Positions 39,551 through 52,044 of a stretch of 64,000 bases of DNA are shown piece after piece. This DNA is from Eledone cirrhosa (Eukaryota). The notes under the pieces are model-generated. The model searched no databases. It saw nothing but the letters and a program-made list of their open reading frames with translations, and was not told where the DNA came from. A program made the position numbers and the translations under genes. How positions within the stretch are numbered: the first letter of the stretch is position 1; the number at the start of each line of letters is the position of its first letter. The stretch covers positions 248,186,001 to 248,250,000 of the forward strand of contig OZ024740.1 of NCBI GenBank assembly GCA_964016885.1, read 5' to 3'.

Positions 39551-41224
39551 TGGGGATTCCTTTCTTTGTTTCTGTGCCTCTCCTTTGTTCTGTCCTACGC
39601 CATTTTGTTTCTCTGTGTGTGCTGTGTGCTCAGTCTGCGCATGCGCCACATCCGGGTGTCTGTGTGTGTTTATGTTCATTTATTTATTTGTTTATTTACA
39701 TGTTACTGGTTGGTTGTTTGTTCTATGTGTGTGTGTGTTTTCATTTTGTCCTTAATTGTAAGTTGTGATGTTGCTGTTCCACTCATATTTTCTATTTAAT
39801 TTTGGTTGTAATTCTTTTATGTTTATTGCCTCTGTAATTTGTCTAAACATTGCGTCTTTTCTGTGTGTAGATTTTATTTTGGTATGGTCCGAAACGGCCG
39901 AGTTTCGGTGGATCAGATGTTTGGAAGTCATGGGTTTGGCATAATGGGAATGGAGGATTTGTTTTTGGTTGTTAATGGTATCTAACCAGAGCTCTGTGTC
40001 TAGTACAGGTAATCGATGGTTGGGGTGTTTACTTGGGTAGTCTATAGTAACTCTAATGCTCTGGTGGATGGAGTTAGCTATTTGCTGGATGCTTTCCATT
40101 GTGTTTTTCTCTAGTTCCTGACTGTTCTCTAGTGGGGGTGTCTTAACTACATCTGATCCACCGAAATTCGGCCGTTTCGGACCATACCAAAATCAACATA
40201 CTGATTGCGGATTTGGTACGGGTGATGAGAAACGTGTCCCGCATGTGCAACCCCGAAGAACTAGAGAGACACATACAACACTTCATCCACCGTATGCAGT
40301 TCTCTGTCTACAATCAGAGAGATAAAATCAGAGTGTATAGAGGAACCAGAACCAAATGGGAAAAAATGGTAAATAATGACATAAATGGGACCTGCCCCTT
40401 GTATAGGAGCAAATTTTGGAATAGAATAGAAAGAGCTAGGAACAAGGCTAATAGAATAAACTCATGGTATGATAGCAATAAATACCAGAGTGTAATGTTC
40501 ATCAATACAACCCCTAGAGTTGAATTAGCTTACAAATTTAGAAGGGCCCTAAATAAACATAAACTCAATATTAAGATAGTAGAAAGACCAGGTACCTCCG
40601 TAAAAAAACACTTATTAGCAAGACATACCCTTTTCAAAGACCCTCATGTATAGATAAGAAATGTATAACCTGTAAAATAAGCCCCCCTATTAACTGTAAA
40701 ACTAAAAATGTAGTGTATAGCATAAGATGTACTGAAGGACAATGTAGAAAATATAGTGTACATAGGTGAGACAGCTCGTAGTGTAGGGGAACGGATAAAT
40801 GAACACTGGCGAGACCTTCAAGATAGTAAAGAATCATCTGTACTCTACCAACATGCTAAAATAGAACACAAGGGTAAACTAGAGAACAGAAATAAAAATA
40901 GAATCTACACACAGAAAAGACGCAATGTTTAGACAAATTACAGAGGCAATAAACATAAAAGAATTACAACCAAAATTAAATAGAAAATATGAGTGGAACA
41001 GCAACATCACAACTTACAATTAAGGACAAAATGAAAACACACACACACATAGAACAAACAACCAACCAGTAACATGTAAATAAACAAATAAATAAATGAA
41101 CATAAACACACACAGACACCCGGATGTGGCGCATGCGCAGACTGAGCACACAGCACACACAGAGAAACAAAATGGCGTAGGACAGAACAAAGGAGAGGCA
41201 CAGAAACAAAGAAAGGAATCCCCA

Positions 41225-41267
41225 GTCACTGAAGAGGTCACAGAGTGTGTGACGAAAGAACTATGAC
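41225..41267 (+). ncRNA. Minimal type I hammerhead ribozyme motif
   Basis: gtca CTGAAGA g gtcaca-gagtg-tgtgac GAAA g-aa-c TA tgac. Stem I is gtca/tgac, stem II is 6 bp, stem III is 2 bp, and the predicted cleavage triplet is CUA. Confidence 0.72.
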
Positions 41268-41517
41268 AATATATAAACAACTATCTGGTTGTGGAACCAA
41301 CCAACCAACCATAAATTTATAAATTTATTATAATAAATTGAAGTGAAAGCAACTGGTGCGTGTGTTTCTTATTGGCAACATGACCCTCCCAAAGTATAAC
41401 AATATATATATATATACATATATATATATATTATGCATACTCCAGTCCCACAAACTGTAGAGTGCTTCTTATCCGATATCTGCATTGCTTTATTGTACTA
41501 CAATAAAACTCACCTCC

Positions 41518-41584
<67 letters not shown>

Positions 41585-41645
41585 TATATATATAATATAT
41601 ATATATATATATAATATATATATATATATAATATATATAATATAT

Positions 41646-41677
<32 letters not shown>

Positions 41678-41696
41678 ATATATATAATATATATAT

Positions 41697-42174
41697 ATAA
41701 TCATTCATAGTAGGATTTCATACATTTCTATAAAACTGTATGTAGCCTTGTGTACGTAAAAAATCTCGTATTTTTGAGCTGTATAACTTCTTCAACTATA
41801 ATTATTTGCTTTCGTATTTGAAATCATATTATACTATATATATATATATACGTATAAAATCTCATATTTTTGAGCTGTATAACTTCTTCAACTATAATTA
41901 TTTGCTTTCGTATTTGAAATCATATTATACTCTATATATAGTATCATATGATTTCAAATACGAAAGCAAATAATTATAGTTGAAGAAGTTATACAGCTCA
42001 AAAATATGAGATTTTATACGTATATATATATATATAGTATAATATGATTTCAAATACGAAAGCAAATAATTATAGTTGAAGAAGTTATACAGCTCAAAAA
42101 TACGAGATTTTTTACGTACACAAGGCTACATACAGTTTTAGAGAAATGTATGAAATCCTACTATGAACGATTAT
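41697..42174. repeat. 478-bp spacerless palindrome; each arm carries a 96-bp tandem duplication
   Basis: Position i pairs with 83871-i throughout, with about four mismatched pairs found by eye. Confidence 0.92.
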
Positions 42175-45100
42175 GAATTCACGTAGAGCAATGAATACAT
42201 TGAGAAATAAGCCAAATACTGCTAATTATATCACATTTTAATTTTATTGTGTTTCATCCTTAACATTAAGATTATAATATTAGATGTCATCAGAATTACA
42301 TAAGATATAGTTGCTTTAAACATGACATTAAATACAAAAATATAACAAACCCGTGTGGTTTTATTTACATTTTAAAACAAATACTGCGTCATACGAGGAG
42401 GTAGTGTTTACTACACACCAGACTGCTGATGTTATTCACTCAGGCACTCAAACGAATAAGCATGCACTATATGGATATTATAATCAAAATTAAAAGCAAT
42501 CCATTTTTTTGGTACAATAAATACGGTACACACAATTTCCAGAAGATTTCACATGCTGAATTATACACGCACCACCACACGTCCAGGCTAATATATATGT
42601 ATGCACTTCAAGTTAGATTCCACAACTTATTTGTATACAACGTCAAAACAATAATAACAGTAAATAAATGCATAAATATAATTACACAAATACATATTTT
42701 CACGTGTACATATATATATACACATATATACGTATACATATATACAAATAATTTTTCATAGTTAAGCAGGACCAGATATAATATGCACCGGTTTTTCAAT
42801 TCGTGGCCGGAAAGCCAATGCTCCAACAGTCAGCCCCATATTCTTCATCGCTGCCGCTGGAGACGCCTACCATTCGTTGTTAGGTTCTTTCCCGGAGCTC
42901 ACCGATGGAAATTTTCGAGTCACTGAGCCAACACACTCAACCGAACATTTCATTTCCACCACCAGTGCTCCAGTGTTTTCGCATCCACGCCGCTTACCGG
43001 CGGACAAATTAAAGGCAGCATCGTCCGAGTTCGACCATATGCTGCAGCTGGGCATTATTCGCCCATCTACGAGTCCTTGGGCTTCACATGGTGCCCAAGA
43101 CTTCCGGCGACTGGAGACCCACTGGGGATTATAGGAGGTTAAATGCTATGACCGGCCCGGATAGGTATCCCATTCCCCATCTCCAGGATTTCGCATCTTC
43201 ACTGCAGGGGTGTAAGATTTTCTCAAAACTAGATTTAGTGCGAGCCTGCCACCAAATTCCGGTCAGGAAGGAGGATATTCCGAAAACGGCGATTACAACT
43301 CCTTTCGGATCCTTCGAAATTTTTACCATGCCTTTCGGACTCAGGAACGCCGCTAGCACTTTTCAGCGGTTCATAGACGAAGTCACTCGTGGTCTGGACT
43401 TCGTTTATGCATACATAGACGATCTTCTCGTCGCTGGTTCCTCTCCGGAAGAGCATATGCGCCACATGCATCTCTTATTTCGGCGACTGCAGGATTACCG
43501 CGTTCGTGTGAATCCCGCAAAGTGTGTTTTCGTTCCACTTCGTTAAATTTTTTAGACCACCTCATCGACGCCGAAGGTATTAGGGCGCTCCCTCAGCGAG
43601 TTCAAGCCATACAGGATTTACCTCCGCCTACTACACTTCACCAGTTGCGTCACTTCTTAGGCCTAATCAATTTCTATAGGCGTTTCGTTCCTCATTGTGC
43701 TAATTTGCTATCTTCCCTTACTGACATTTTGAAAAATCGTCGTAAGAAGAATGAGGATATTTCCTTGACACAAGGACAGCTTCAAGACTTCCAGACTGCC
43801 AAGACAGCACTCGCTAGTTCACCTTTGCTAGCCCACCCGGTACCAGAGGCCAAGCTTTCGCTTTGTGTTGATGCATCTGAAACCGCTGTGGGAGCAGTTT
43901 TACAGCAGTACAACGCTGGAAACCAACAACCTTTAGCATTTTTCGCAAGGAAGCTGAAACCAGCAGAAACGCGTTACAGCACTTTTGGGCGGGAATTATT
44001 AGCCATATATCTGTCGTTGAAACATTTATCTCATATTCTTGAGGGGAGAAATTTTACTGTTTTAACCGACCACAAACCTCTGACCTTCGCTTTGAGGGCT
44101 AAAGCCGACAGATATTCGCCCAGAGAGTCAAGGCACCTGGATTACGTTTCGCAATTTACAAATGATATCCAGCACATTGCTGGCTCGCTTAACATAGCTG
44201 CAGACGCATTGTCACGTTTGCCAATGAGCTCCATCTCGTCATCCCAGGAGATCGACTTAAGTCGTTTAGCTGCAGACCAACCTGCACTCCAATCGTTGGA
44301 TATTCTTTCTGCCGAATTTGCGACTTGCATCTTCAAATATCTGCCCTTGTCGACCACCGACAGACAGATTCTATGTGATGTATCTACGGATTCACCACGA
44401 CCATATGTTCCTGAGACTCACCGTCGAATTGTGTTCCTTGCTTTGCACAGCATTTCTCACCCAGGAATTTCTGCCACAGTAAAGCTTATAACGGCTAGAT
44501 TTTTCTGGCCCAATATGAGGCGAGAAATTACTGTCTGGTGCCGTTCCTGCACACAGTGTCAGAGATCTAAAGTCCACAGACACATCCGGACTCCACTTGG
44601 TACTTTCAGTACTCCAGATGCTCGGTTTCAACACATCCACATTGATATCGTTGGACCTTGGCCATTCAGTAGTGGATATTCGTACCTCTTGACCAGTATC
44701 GATCGTTTTTCGCGATGGCCTGAAGCCATCCCTTTAAAAGATATTACTGCTGAGACAATAGTGCGTGCCCTGGCATCAGGGTGGATTACCCGCTTTGGGG
44801 TACCAACTACAGTCACCACAGACAATTTGAGTCTCATCTTTTCTCTGAGCTGACAAAGATAATTGGTGCTCAACGGATTCGGACCACAGCTTATCATCCT
44901 GCTTCGAACGGAATGGTGGAACGATTCCACCGCCAATTAAGGGCCGCTCTTCGCGCCTATCCAGACTCTCAACGTTGGAGCGAGTACCTTCCTATTGTGT
45001 TGTTAGGAATTCGGTCGTCAATTAATGAGGACCTTGGCCGAATTACTGTATGGTGCTCCTCTAGCGTTGCCTGGGTAAATTCTTGCCCCTGTTGATCTTG

Positions 45101-45575
45101 CTTTTCAGGACCCTGTTTCCTACGTATCTCGTATGCGCTTTCAGGACTTACCGCCCATGAATACTAGGAAACAAACTATTAAAGCTGCAGTCCAGAGGGA
45201 TGTTGCCTCGTGGACACATGTATTCGTCAGAAACGATGCGGTTACTCCACCCCTCACACAACCGTACTCTGGACCCTACTGTGTGTTAGCACGTACTGAC
45301 AAACATTTCACAGTAGACATATAGGGGTCCAGAGAGACAATTTCGGTGGATAGACTAAAAAGGGCATACAATGACGCTCATACACCCGAGCCACAAATAC
45401 CCCAATCTTTCTCTCTTGTGCATACACCTGCTCCTTCTGCCTCACCTTCACCTACATACAAGACCACGACCCGTTCCGGTCGAAGAGTCCACTGGCCCAA
45501 AAAACTCTGCCAAACTGTTTTCATGTGAACTGGCTACTGGAGCCTCTTTTTTGTTTTTCTCTTTATTGTATTACT

Positions 45576-45688
45576 ATTTATACATGTACCTTTTCGTTAC
45601 TATTTCATGCCTGATTTATACATGTACCTTTTCGTTAATATTTCATGCCTGATTTATACATGTTCCTTTTCGTTAATATTTCATGCCA
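45576..45688. repeat. ~38-bp tandem triplication in the Gypsy 3' non-coding region
   Basis: tttatacatgtaccttttcgttaatatttcatgcctga x3. Confidence 0.9.
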
Positions 45689-45762
45689 GTGCTGGGAGCC
45701 CATGCTTGTGGGTTCGCTGCAGTTACCTTCGGGCTTTTCGCCTATCGTCTGGAGGAGGGTAC

Positions 45763-46001
45763 TGTAGCGGAGTTGCGTCCCTTTGTGACGGTCGCGACTC
45801 CCAGTGGCAGATCCATGTACTAAATGGAGTTGCGTCCCCCTGGGGACTATATATTTGAGAACATCAAGGCATTAACTCTCTCACTTCCTACGCCGCAGCA
45901 AGAAGAACCACTTCAGACCTTGTCAAGAGATGACTCCTGTCTTATCTCTCTCTTTCTCTACACGCTCCAGTCTGGGAGTTGCGACCAACTGACCATCAAC
46001 A
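45763..46001 (+). repeat. Putative Gypsy 3' LTR
   Basis: Polypurine tract ggaggaggg (45751-45759) is followed by TGTAGCGG. A TATA-like ctatatattt lies inside. The probable end is ...ccatcaaCA, but that boundary is uncertain. Confidence 0.65.
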
Positions 46002-46351
46002 TGTGGTAAAAATTATTTCTATTAATTTATTTGTCTTCTGTGAAGTAAAACCATGTCACAACACTCACCTGCATTTATTGTCATTCTTAATAGTATATAT
46101 ATATATACACTGATACCAACATTCTAAATGTGTATGTAATAAAAAATATAGTGTGCAATTTAACAGTTTATAAAATATAGTATTCTTCTTCAAATTGTTT
46201 AATGGATCAACTTTGCTTGTTCATCACTTATTTGTCAGTTTAATCTGTTCATAAAATTCATAAAATACATAAATAGAATAAATTTGCGAGGTATATTTAT
46301 TAATAGATTTTAATATTTATAATTATATTATATTAATATTATAAATTTCTG

Positions 46352-48302
46352 ATGTATAAAAATCCAGTTGCTAAAGAGGAAAGTAAAAAGATTTGGGCAC
46401 AAAATATTTGTCATTTTGAGAAGAGAAAGAAATCTAGGAAAACGAAAATTCAAAGTTCATTAATCAAATTATGCAAGCTACCTACTGAGCAACAGATCGT
46501 TGATAGATATATCACTCTTGCTGCTGAAGAGAAAAATACCAAAAAAAGAATTAAGATAATTACTGGAGAATGTGAAAGTTTATGGGAAAGTTCAGCTTTC
46601 CAACTATCAACAAACTTTCAATACCTCAAAAAATTGAAAAAATAATTTAAAAAAAAAGGAAAAAGAAGTGAAAAGACCTGGCTCTACGAATTTCAATAAT
46701 CTGTTTGACATTACAAAAAGATATGGGATATTAGCAGCCGAAGATTTGTCATTTTATGAAAAGTAAGTTGAGAGTTGTGGAAAGGTTGGGTATACTACAA
46801 TGAAAATAGACAGTGAAAAGAAAATCCATCCTTCTAAGAGAATTAAAAACAAAAAATAAGAACTAGATCATGATAAGCCATCCTGCTCATACATTCATCT
46901 GGACTCAAATGAAAGTTACAGTGACACCGATACAAATACCAGCGATTACAAACCTTCACCTTCACCTTCACCAGAAAAAAAACGAAAAAGAGACAACACA
47001 GCTCATGCTGTTAACCTAGTAAGAAATACTAAATTACCTAGTAGAAAAGCAGCAGCAGTTTGCAACGAATTTAAAAGTGGTGAGCACCCCGAGTCAGTCG
47101 GCAGTGCACAAAGCAGTTATCAGAGGTGAGAAACTCATGGAAATGTGGAAAAATGAACTCAAAAGGGAAAAATGGAGCCTTCATTTTGATGGAAAACGAA
47201 TGAGAGACGTAGAATATCAGGTTGTAGTGATAAAAAATGATGAGAAAGAAATACGCCTGAGGCCGATGGCATTAACCGATGGAAAGGCTCTTACTATATT
47301 TAATGGATTGAAAGGAGTTATTGACAAATATGAACTGTGGGAATCTATCGTGATGATAGTCTCCGACACAACTAGTGTCAATACCGGCAAAAAGGCAGGA
47401 GTTGTTGCCATGCTCAACAGTGAGTTCGCGGGTCGCGGTTACAGCAAGCCATTATATGTTGGATGCCAGCACCACATTTTAGACCGTGCATTGAAAGTTT
47501 ATTTTGATCAACCATATAGTAGCAAAACAACTTCGCCATATATCAATTATTACTTTGTTGAGGACATTTTAAAGAGCTATGACGAACTGAAGCAGAACTT
47601 TTCAAATGGAACGACGGAAATTAATGAAACCCTGCCACGCTGGAGAAGTGACATGGATTTCCTTCGGCATCTCATGATAGCCGTGCAACATTTCTTTGAA
47701 AACGGTGCGTTTCCTAAAATAAATTTTAAGAAATTACCTAATGTGCACAATGCTCGTTGGAATAGCTGAGCAATTTATTTGTTGCTTGTGTTTATTTTGA
47801 TGCCTGATGAACGAGCGAAGCTGCGCGCTGGTGCCGAATACATCTGCGGAATGTGGGGGAAAATGTGGTTCTCAAGTCAACTGTATAGAGCTGACAGCAA
47901 GCAGAAACTCATTGACCAACTAATTAAGGCCAAGTGTGAAAAGGCTGCAAACACCGTCAGAAAATGTTGGTCTAATGAAGAATATCCAATTGTGACGCAA
48001 CGCTCGAACATTTGCGCTGAGCGAGCTGTAAAAGTTGTGCAGGACCTTTTGCCATTTTGTAAAAGTAGTAGAAGCTTAGAGATTAAATTTTGTTTAACTA
48101 ATAATTAAAATAAATTTTTTATTGTTTTAGGTATTTATTTTACGGGACTGGCTAATTACCAAAAAATTAAAAATATAATTTAGTATGCGCAAGAATTTTT
48201 TTCAAAATTTACAAAAAAACTACTGTAATTCTTTCTTTATGACAAAAACCTCATTAGAAAATAACATGCTCATATGCGGTTGTAAAAAAGTCATATGCCT
48301 AA
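46352..48302 (+). mobile_element. Decayed hAT-superfamily (hATm-like) DNA transposon
   Basis: LHFDGK, DTTSVNTG, GCQHHILD (CxxH), NARWNS and SNICAERAVK make a DDE/CxxH/RW pattern. Stops and frameshifts are present. Possible right end ...catatgcctaa at 48302. The subfamily call is tentative. Confidence 0.75.
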
Positions 48303-48318
48303 TGTGCATGCTGTGTGG

Positions 48319-48419
<101 letters not shown>

Positions 48420-48467
48420 TGATATATATGTAAATTATATATACGTATATATATGTGTGTGTCTGTA

Positions 48468-50880
48468 TATCCCGCGTTCAATCGGGGTAACCACAGAAAG
48501 TAAGGAATGAAACATTTCTAATCCTTTAGGAGCCATTTCTATATTATATGTATTGAGTACCTTACTGTGGTTACCCCCGATTGAACCCGGGATACACATA
48601 TCTTTTAGCACCTAACCGTGCCCCTCTTAACCATCACCAAGAAACCATGCTGACCAAACTTGATATCGATACTTCCATGAAGAATATCTTTATTCCACCA
48701 GGGAAACAGTACTTAAAAACTCTTATCAGGCGTACAAACGAGTTCATCAAGCGTATTAGATGGAGAGCCTTCTTCTTCGACCACCCTGATGTAGCATTTA
48801 TCAATGACGAGAAGTTCGGTTTCAAAACTAATAAGGCACCTTCTACCAAGAGCATATTGAGGAGGACCTCTTCAAAATGATCAGAAACACAAATTTTCGT
48901 AGAGTCAACACACTATTCCAGGCCTATTTAAAAGACAAACTGCTTAAAATGAAGAGTTCCCCCAATCTCCATATCCCCTCTGATAAAACGAAAAATCTTT
49001 ATTAGGTGGACTTACGGACCTACCAGAAGCTGACAAAAAAAGCCATCACGACCACTTACAAAAAAGTAGTTGCTAAAGAGATGGCAAAAACCCTTAAAGT
49101 TGAAGACCGGACTGAACCCTTAAGGGTAGAGACTCCGCACTTTACCCTTAAAGACCACAAGGCCAATTTCTTTTACAAACCGCCGGTTCGATTGATTAAC
49201 CTTACACGCTCGGACATCGGATCAATCAGTAAAATCCTCGATAAAATACTAGCGTGCTACCTCACCTTTCCCACTCTGGAGCAGAACGTTCGATGCAATC
49301 TCTTGGTTCCAGGAATTGCCTAAGAAATGTAATACCGTTTTCTGCAACTGGTTATAGAGGATTACTACGCCTCTATTTCAGAGCCTTTACTGAACGATGC
49401 ATATGCTTTTGCTAGGAACTTTACCACCATCACTGATGTTGAGCAGGACGTGGCGCTCCATGTCCATCAGACCTTCTTATATTATGAAAGCTATTACTGG
49501 ATTAATAAGAAGTCTGAAACCCTATTTGACGTCAGTATGGGAGCAAGTGACTCTGCAGAACTTAGCGACCTGGTTAGCCTGTATATCTTAGATCACTCGA
49601 AGAACCTTTTCACAGGCCTAACCGGAGGATTGTACCACGATGATGTCCTTTTTGCTTTGCACAAGGTAAATCTTAGAACCACTGATGGGTTTCGGAAAAA
49701 CTTACACTCTTTGTTCCGTAATCTAGGTTCTAGAATCACCATTGAATCAAATATGACTAACGCCATTTTTTAGATGTTACCTTAGATTTAGAAACTTCCC
49801 TCTATTATCCGTACCACAAACCTAATGAATCCCTTAGATAAATAGATGTTAGTTCGAACCACCCCAAAAATATTACTGATAACTTAGTTAAAAGTGTCTC
49901 ACTTAGAATTTCCGGTCTCTCAACCAATGAAGACATTTTTAATGCCTCTGCTACTTACTACAATGAAGCCCTTGCCTGCAGTGGTTTTAAAGAAAAGATT
50001 ATCTATCTAGAAAATGCACCAAGAACCCCTAGGAGAAATAGGCATAGCCAAATTAGTTGCTACAACCCCTCCCTTCAACAGAGCGGTATCTACACCTATA
50101 GCTAGGACTTCCTTCAAATTGCTGAATAAACACTTCCCCACACAACATAGGTACTACACTATATAACACGATTAGACTCTCCTACTCTACTACACCTAAC
50201 TTAGCTAGGAATATAGCCAACCTCAACACTAAATTAAGTAAGCCTAATACCTCCGAAACCCACCCTTGGACGGGAGTCTTGTGCAATTGTCACAATAAGG
50301 AAGCGTGTCCACTCGAAAATAAATGCCTGATGAATGACATCGTATATAAGTGTGATGTCGTCTTAAGCATTGACAAAAAAAAAACATATATCGGAATGAC
50401 TTCCAACAATTTTAAGACCAGGTGGTATGCCCATACCCACTCCTTCAGAAGACCGGACAAATACAATCAGACAACACTCGCCTCCTATGTCTGGGACCTC
50501 GAAAGAAACTCCACTCCTTTCACGCTCAAATGGAAATAACTCCAGAGAGCGCGCTCATACATAGGAGGACACAGGTGTTGCGACCTTTGTATTTCGGAGA
50601 CCTATGAAATATTTTTTGCCAAGGACCCGACACTGAACAAACTCTCGGAACACTGCCCGAATTGCATGCACAGAAACTATGCAAAGTATAAATCCTTCCA
50701 CCAGAACGATAGTTTCAAAAAACACCTCACTCGACATATCCCTTCCCTCTCCATCGCACCCCACTCCGCCCACTACCCACAACCTTCGCCCTTTTCGGTC
50801 CGTCTTATAATATTGAGGTTATGTAAGTACTCGTTGCCTACTTGCCTTTTCCGTTTGTATAAGTGCATTTGTATGTATGA
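48468..50880 (+). mobile_element. Decayed, 5'-complete Penelope-like element (Naiad-like)
   Basis: ACCATG at 48647 begins MLTKLDIDTSMKNIFIP...KRIRWRAFFF. Then SDKT, TLKDHK, FDVSMGASDSAE, GGLYHDD and CNCHNKEACPL..IVYKC..YIGMT (GIY-YIG). Flanked by (TA)n. Confidence 0.92.
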
Positions 50881-50893
50881 ATGTATGTATATA

Positions 50894-50995
<102 letters not shown>

Positions 50996-51117
50996 TGTAT
51001 GTACATATATATATATATGCATGTGAGTTTGCGTAAACATACACACACACACACGTATATATATATATATGTGTGTGTGTGACTATGTGAGTGTGTGTGT
51101 ATGTAGGTGTATGTATG

Positions 51118-51196
<79 letters not shown>

Positions 51197-51203
<7 letters not shown>

Positions 51204-51982
51204 TAAAATTAGTCCTTCATCAGTGATCTTCCAACCGTCATTGGTATTTCTTCGCATTAAAGATCATATACCTCTTCCTCTCTTTCCGTTACATTATCAT
51301 CTCTGTTTGTTTATAGGAAAATCTGCTTCGTAGAATCGAGACGTATCCGAGGACCGCGCGATTTCAGAGTCAGGTTTGAATCGAGCGAGACATGTAAACA
51401 AACAGAGATGGTAATGCAACGGAAAGAGAGGAAGAGGAGAAACAAGTCCGTGATATCTATGAACTTAAGTTCGGTGAAATCTCTTTCTGTTGCATTACCA
51501 TCTCTGTTTGTTTACATGTCTCGCTCGCTTCACCCTATTTTACGTATCCCAATAACTTTTTTTTAGTTATTGCTCGCACCAACCAGAGGTATAGCTAGTC
51601 ACTCTCTCTCAGCTGGCCTCTTCCTCACACTTTCACTCACTCACTCTCTGCTTCTCCCCCTCTCTCACTTCCTCCCGTTTGACCTGTGTGAAATCCTTTT
51701 CTCGCTCACATCTCACCCAGGTCGGATGATCTGTATCTCTCGTCTATGATTTCACCGAACTTAAGTTCATAGATATCACGGACTTGTTTCTCCTCTTCCT
51801 CTCTTTCCATTGCATTACCATCTCTATTTGTTTACATGTCTCGCTCGCTTCACCCTATTTTACGTGTCCCAATAACTTTCTTTGGTTATTGCTCGCCACA
51901 ACCAGAGGTATATGATCTTTAATACGAAGAAATACCAATGACGGTTGGAAGATCACTGATGAAGGACTAATTTTATTCATAT
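51197..51982. repeat. Mosaic of nested inverted and direct duplications
   Basis: 51197-51274 is the reverse complement of ~51906-51982. 51383-51480 is the reverse complement of ~51748-51848. 51481-51592 is a direct repeat of 51801-51912. Confidence 0.85.
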
Positions 51983-52044
51983 GTACCCCATTTTCAACAA
52001 CAAAGCACGCCATTTTTCATATATATATATATATATATATATGT

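Larger units (their letters stand above)
39317..41405 (+). mobile_element. Rearranged fold-back Penelope-like element (related to 58702-61890)
   Basis: 39370-39873 is the reverse complement of 40902-41405. The middle holds RT thumb fragments on both strands (LPVLDTELW, HSHYAKPM on -; NILIADLVRVM on +) and a GIY-YIG remnant (NVVYSIRC...YIGET). Confidence 0.9.
42760..46001 (+). mobile_element. 5'-truncated Ty3/Gypsy LTR retrotransposon (RT-RNaseH-integrase, PPT, 3' LTR)
   Basis: [53 protein letters not shown] and HPASNGMVERFHR, with several frameshifts. No gag or 5' LTR is visible. Confidence 0.95.

Noticed and set aside
41975-42010. ttgaagaagttatacagctcaaaa as a decayed hammerhead in the palindrome unit
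   Set aside because: It needs two core substitutions in all four copies and has no identifiable stem I or III.
47767-47769. In-frame TGA in the transposase as selenocysteine or readthrough
   Set aside because: The context NARWNS*AIY fits a CGA(Arg)-to-TGA CpG decay, and the element has other lesions.
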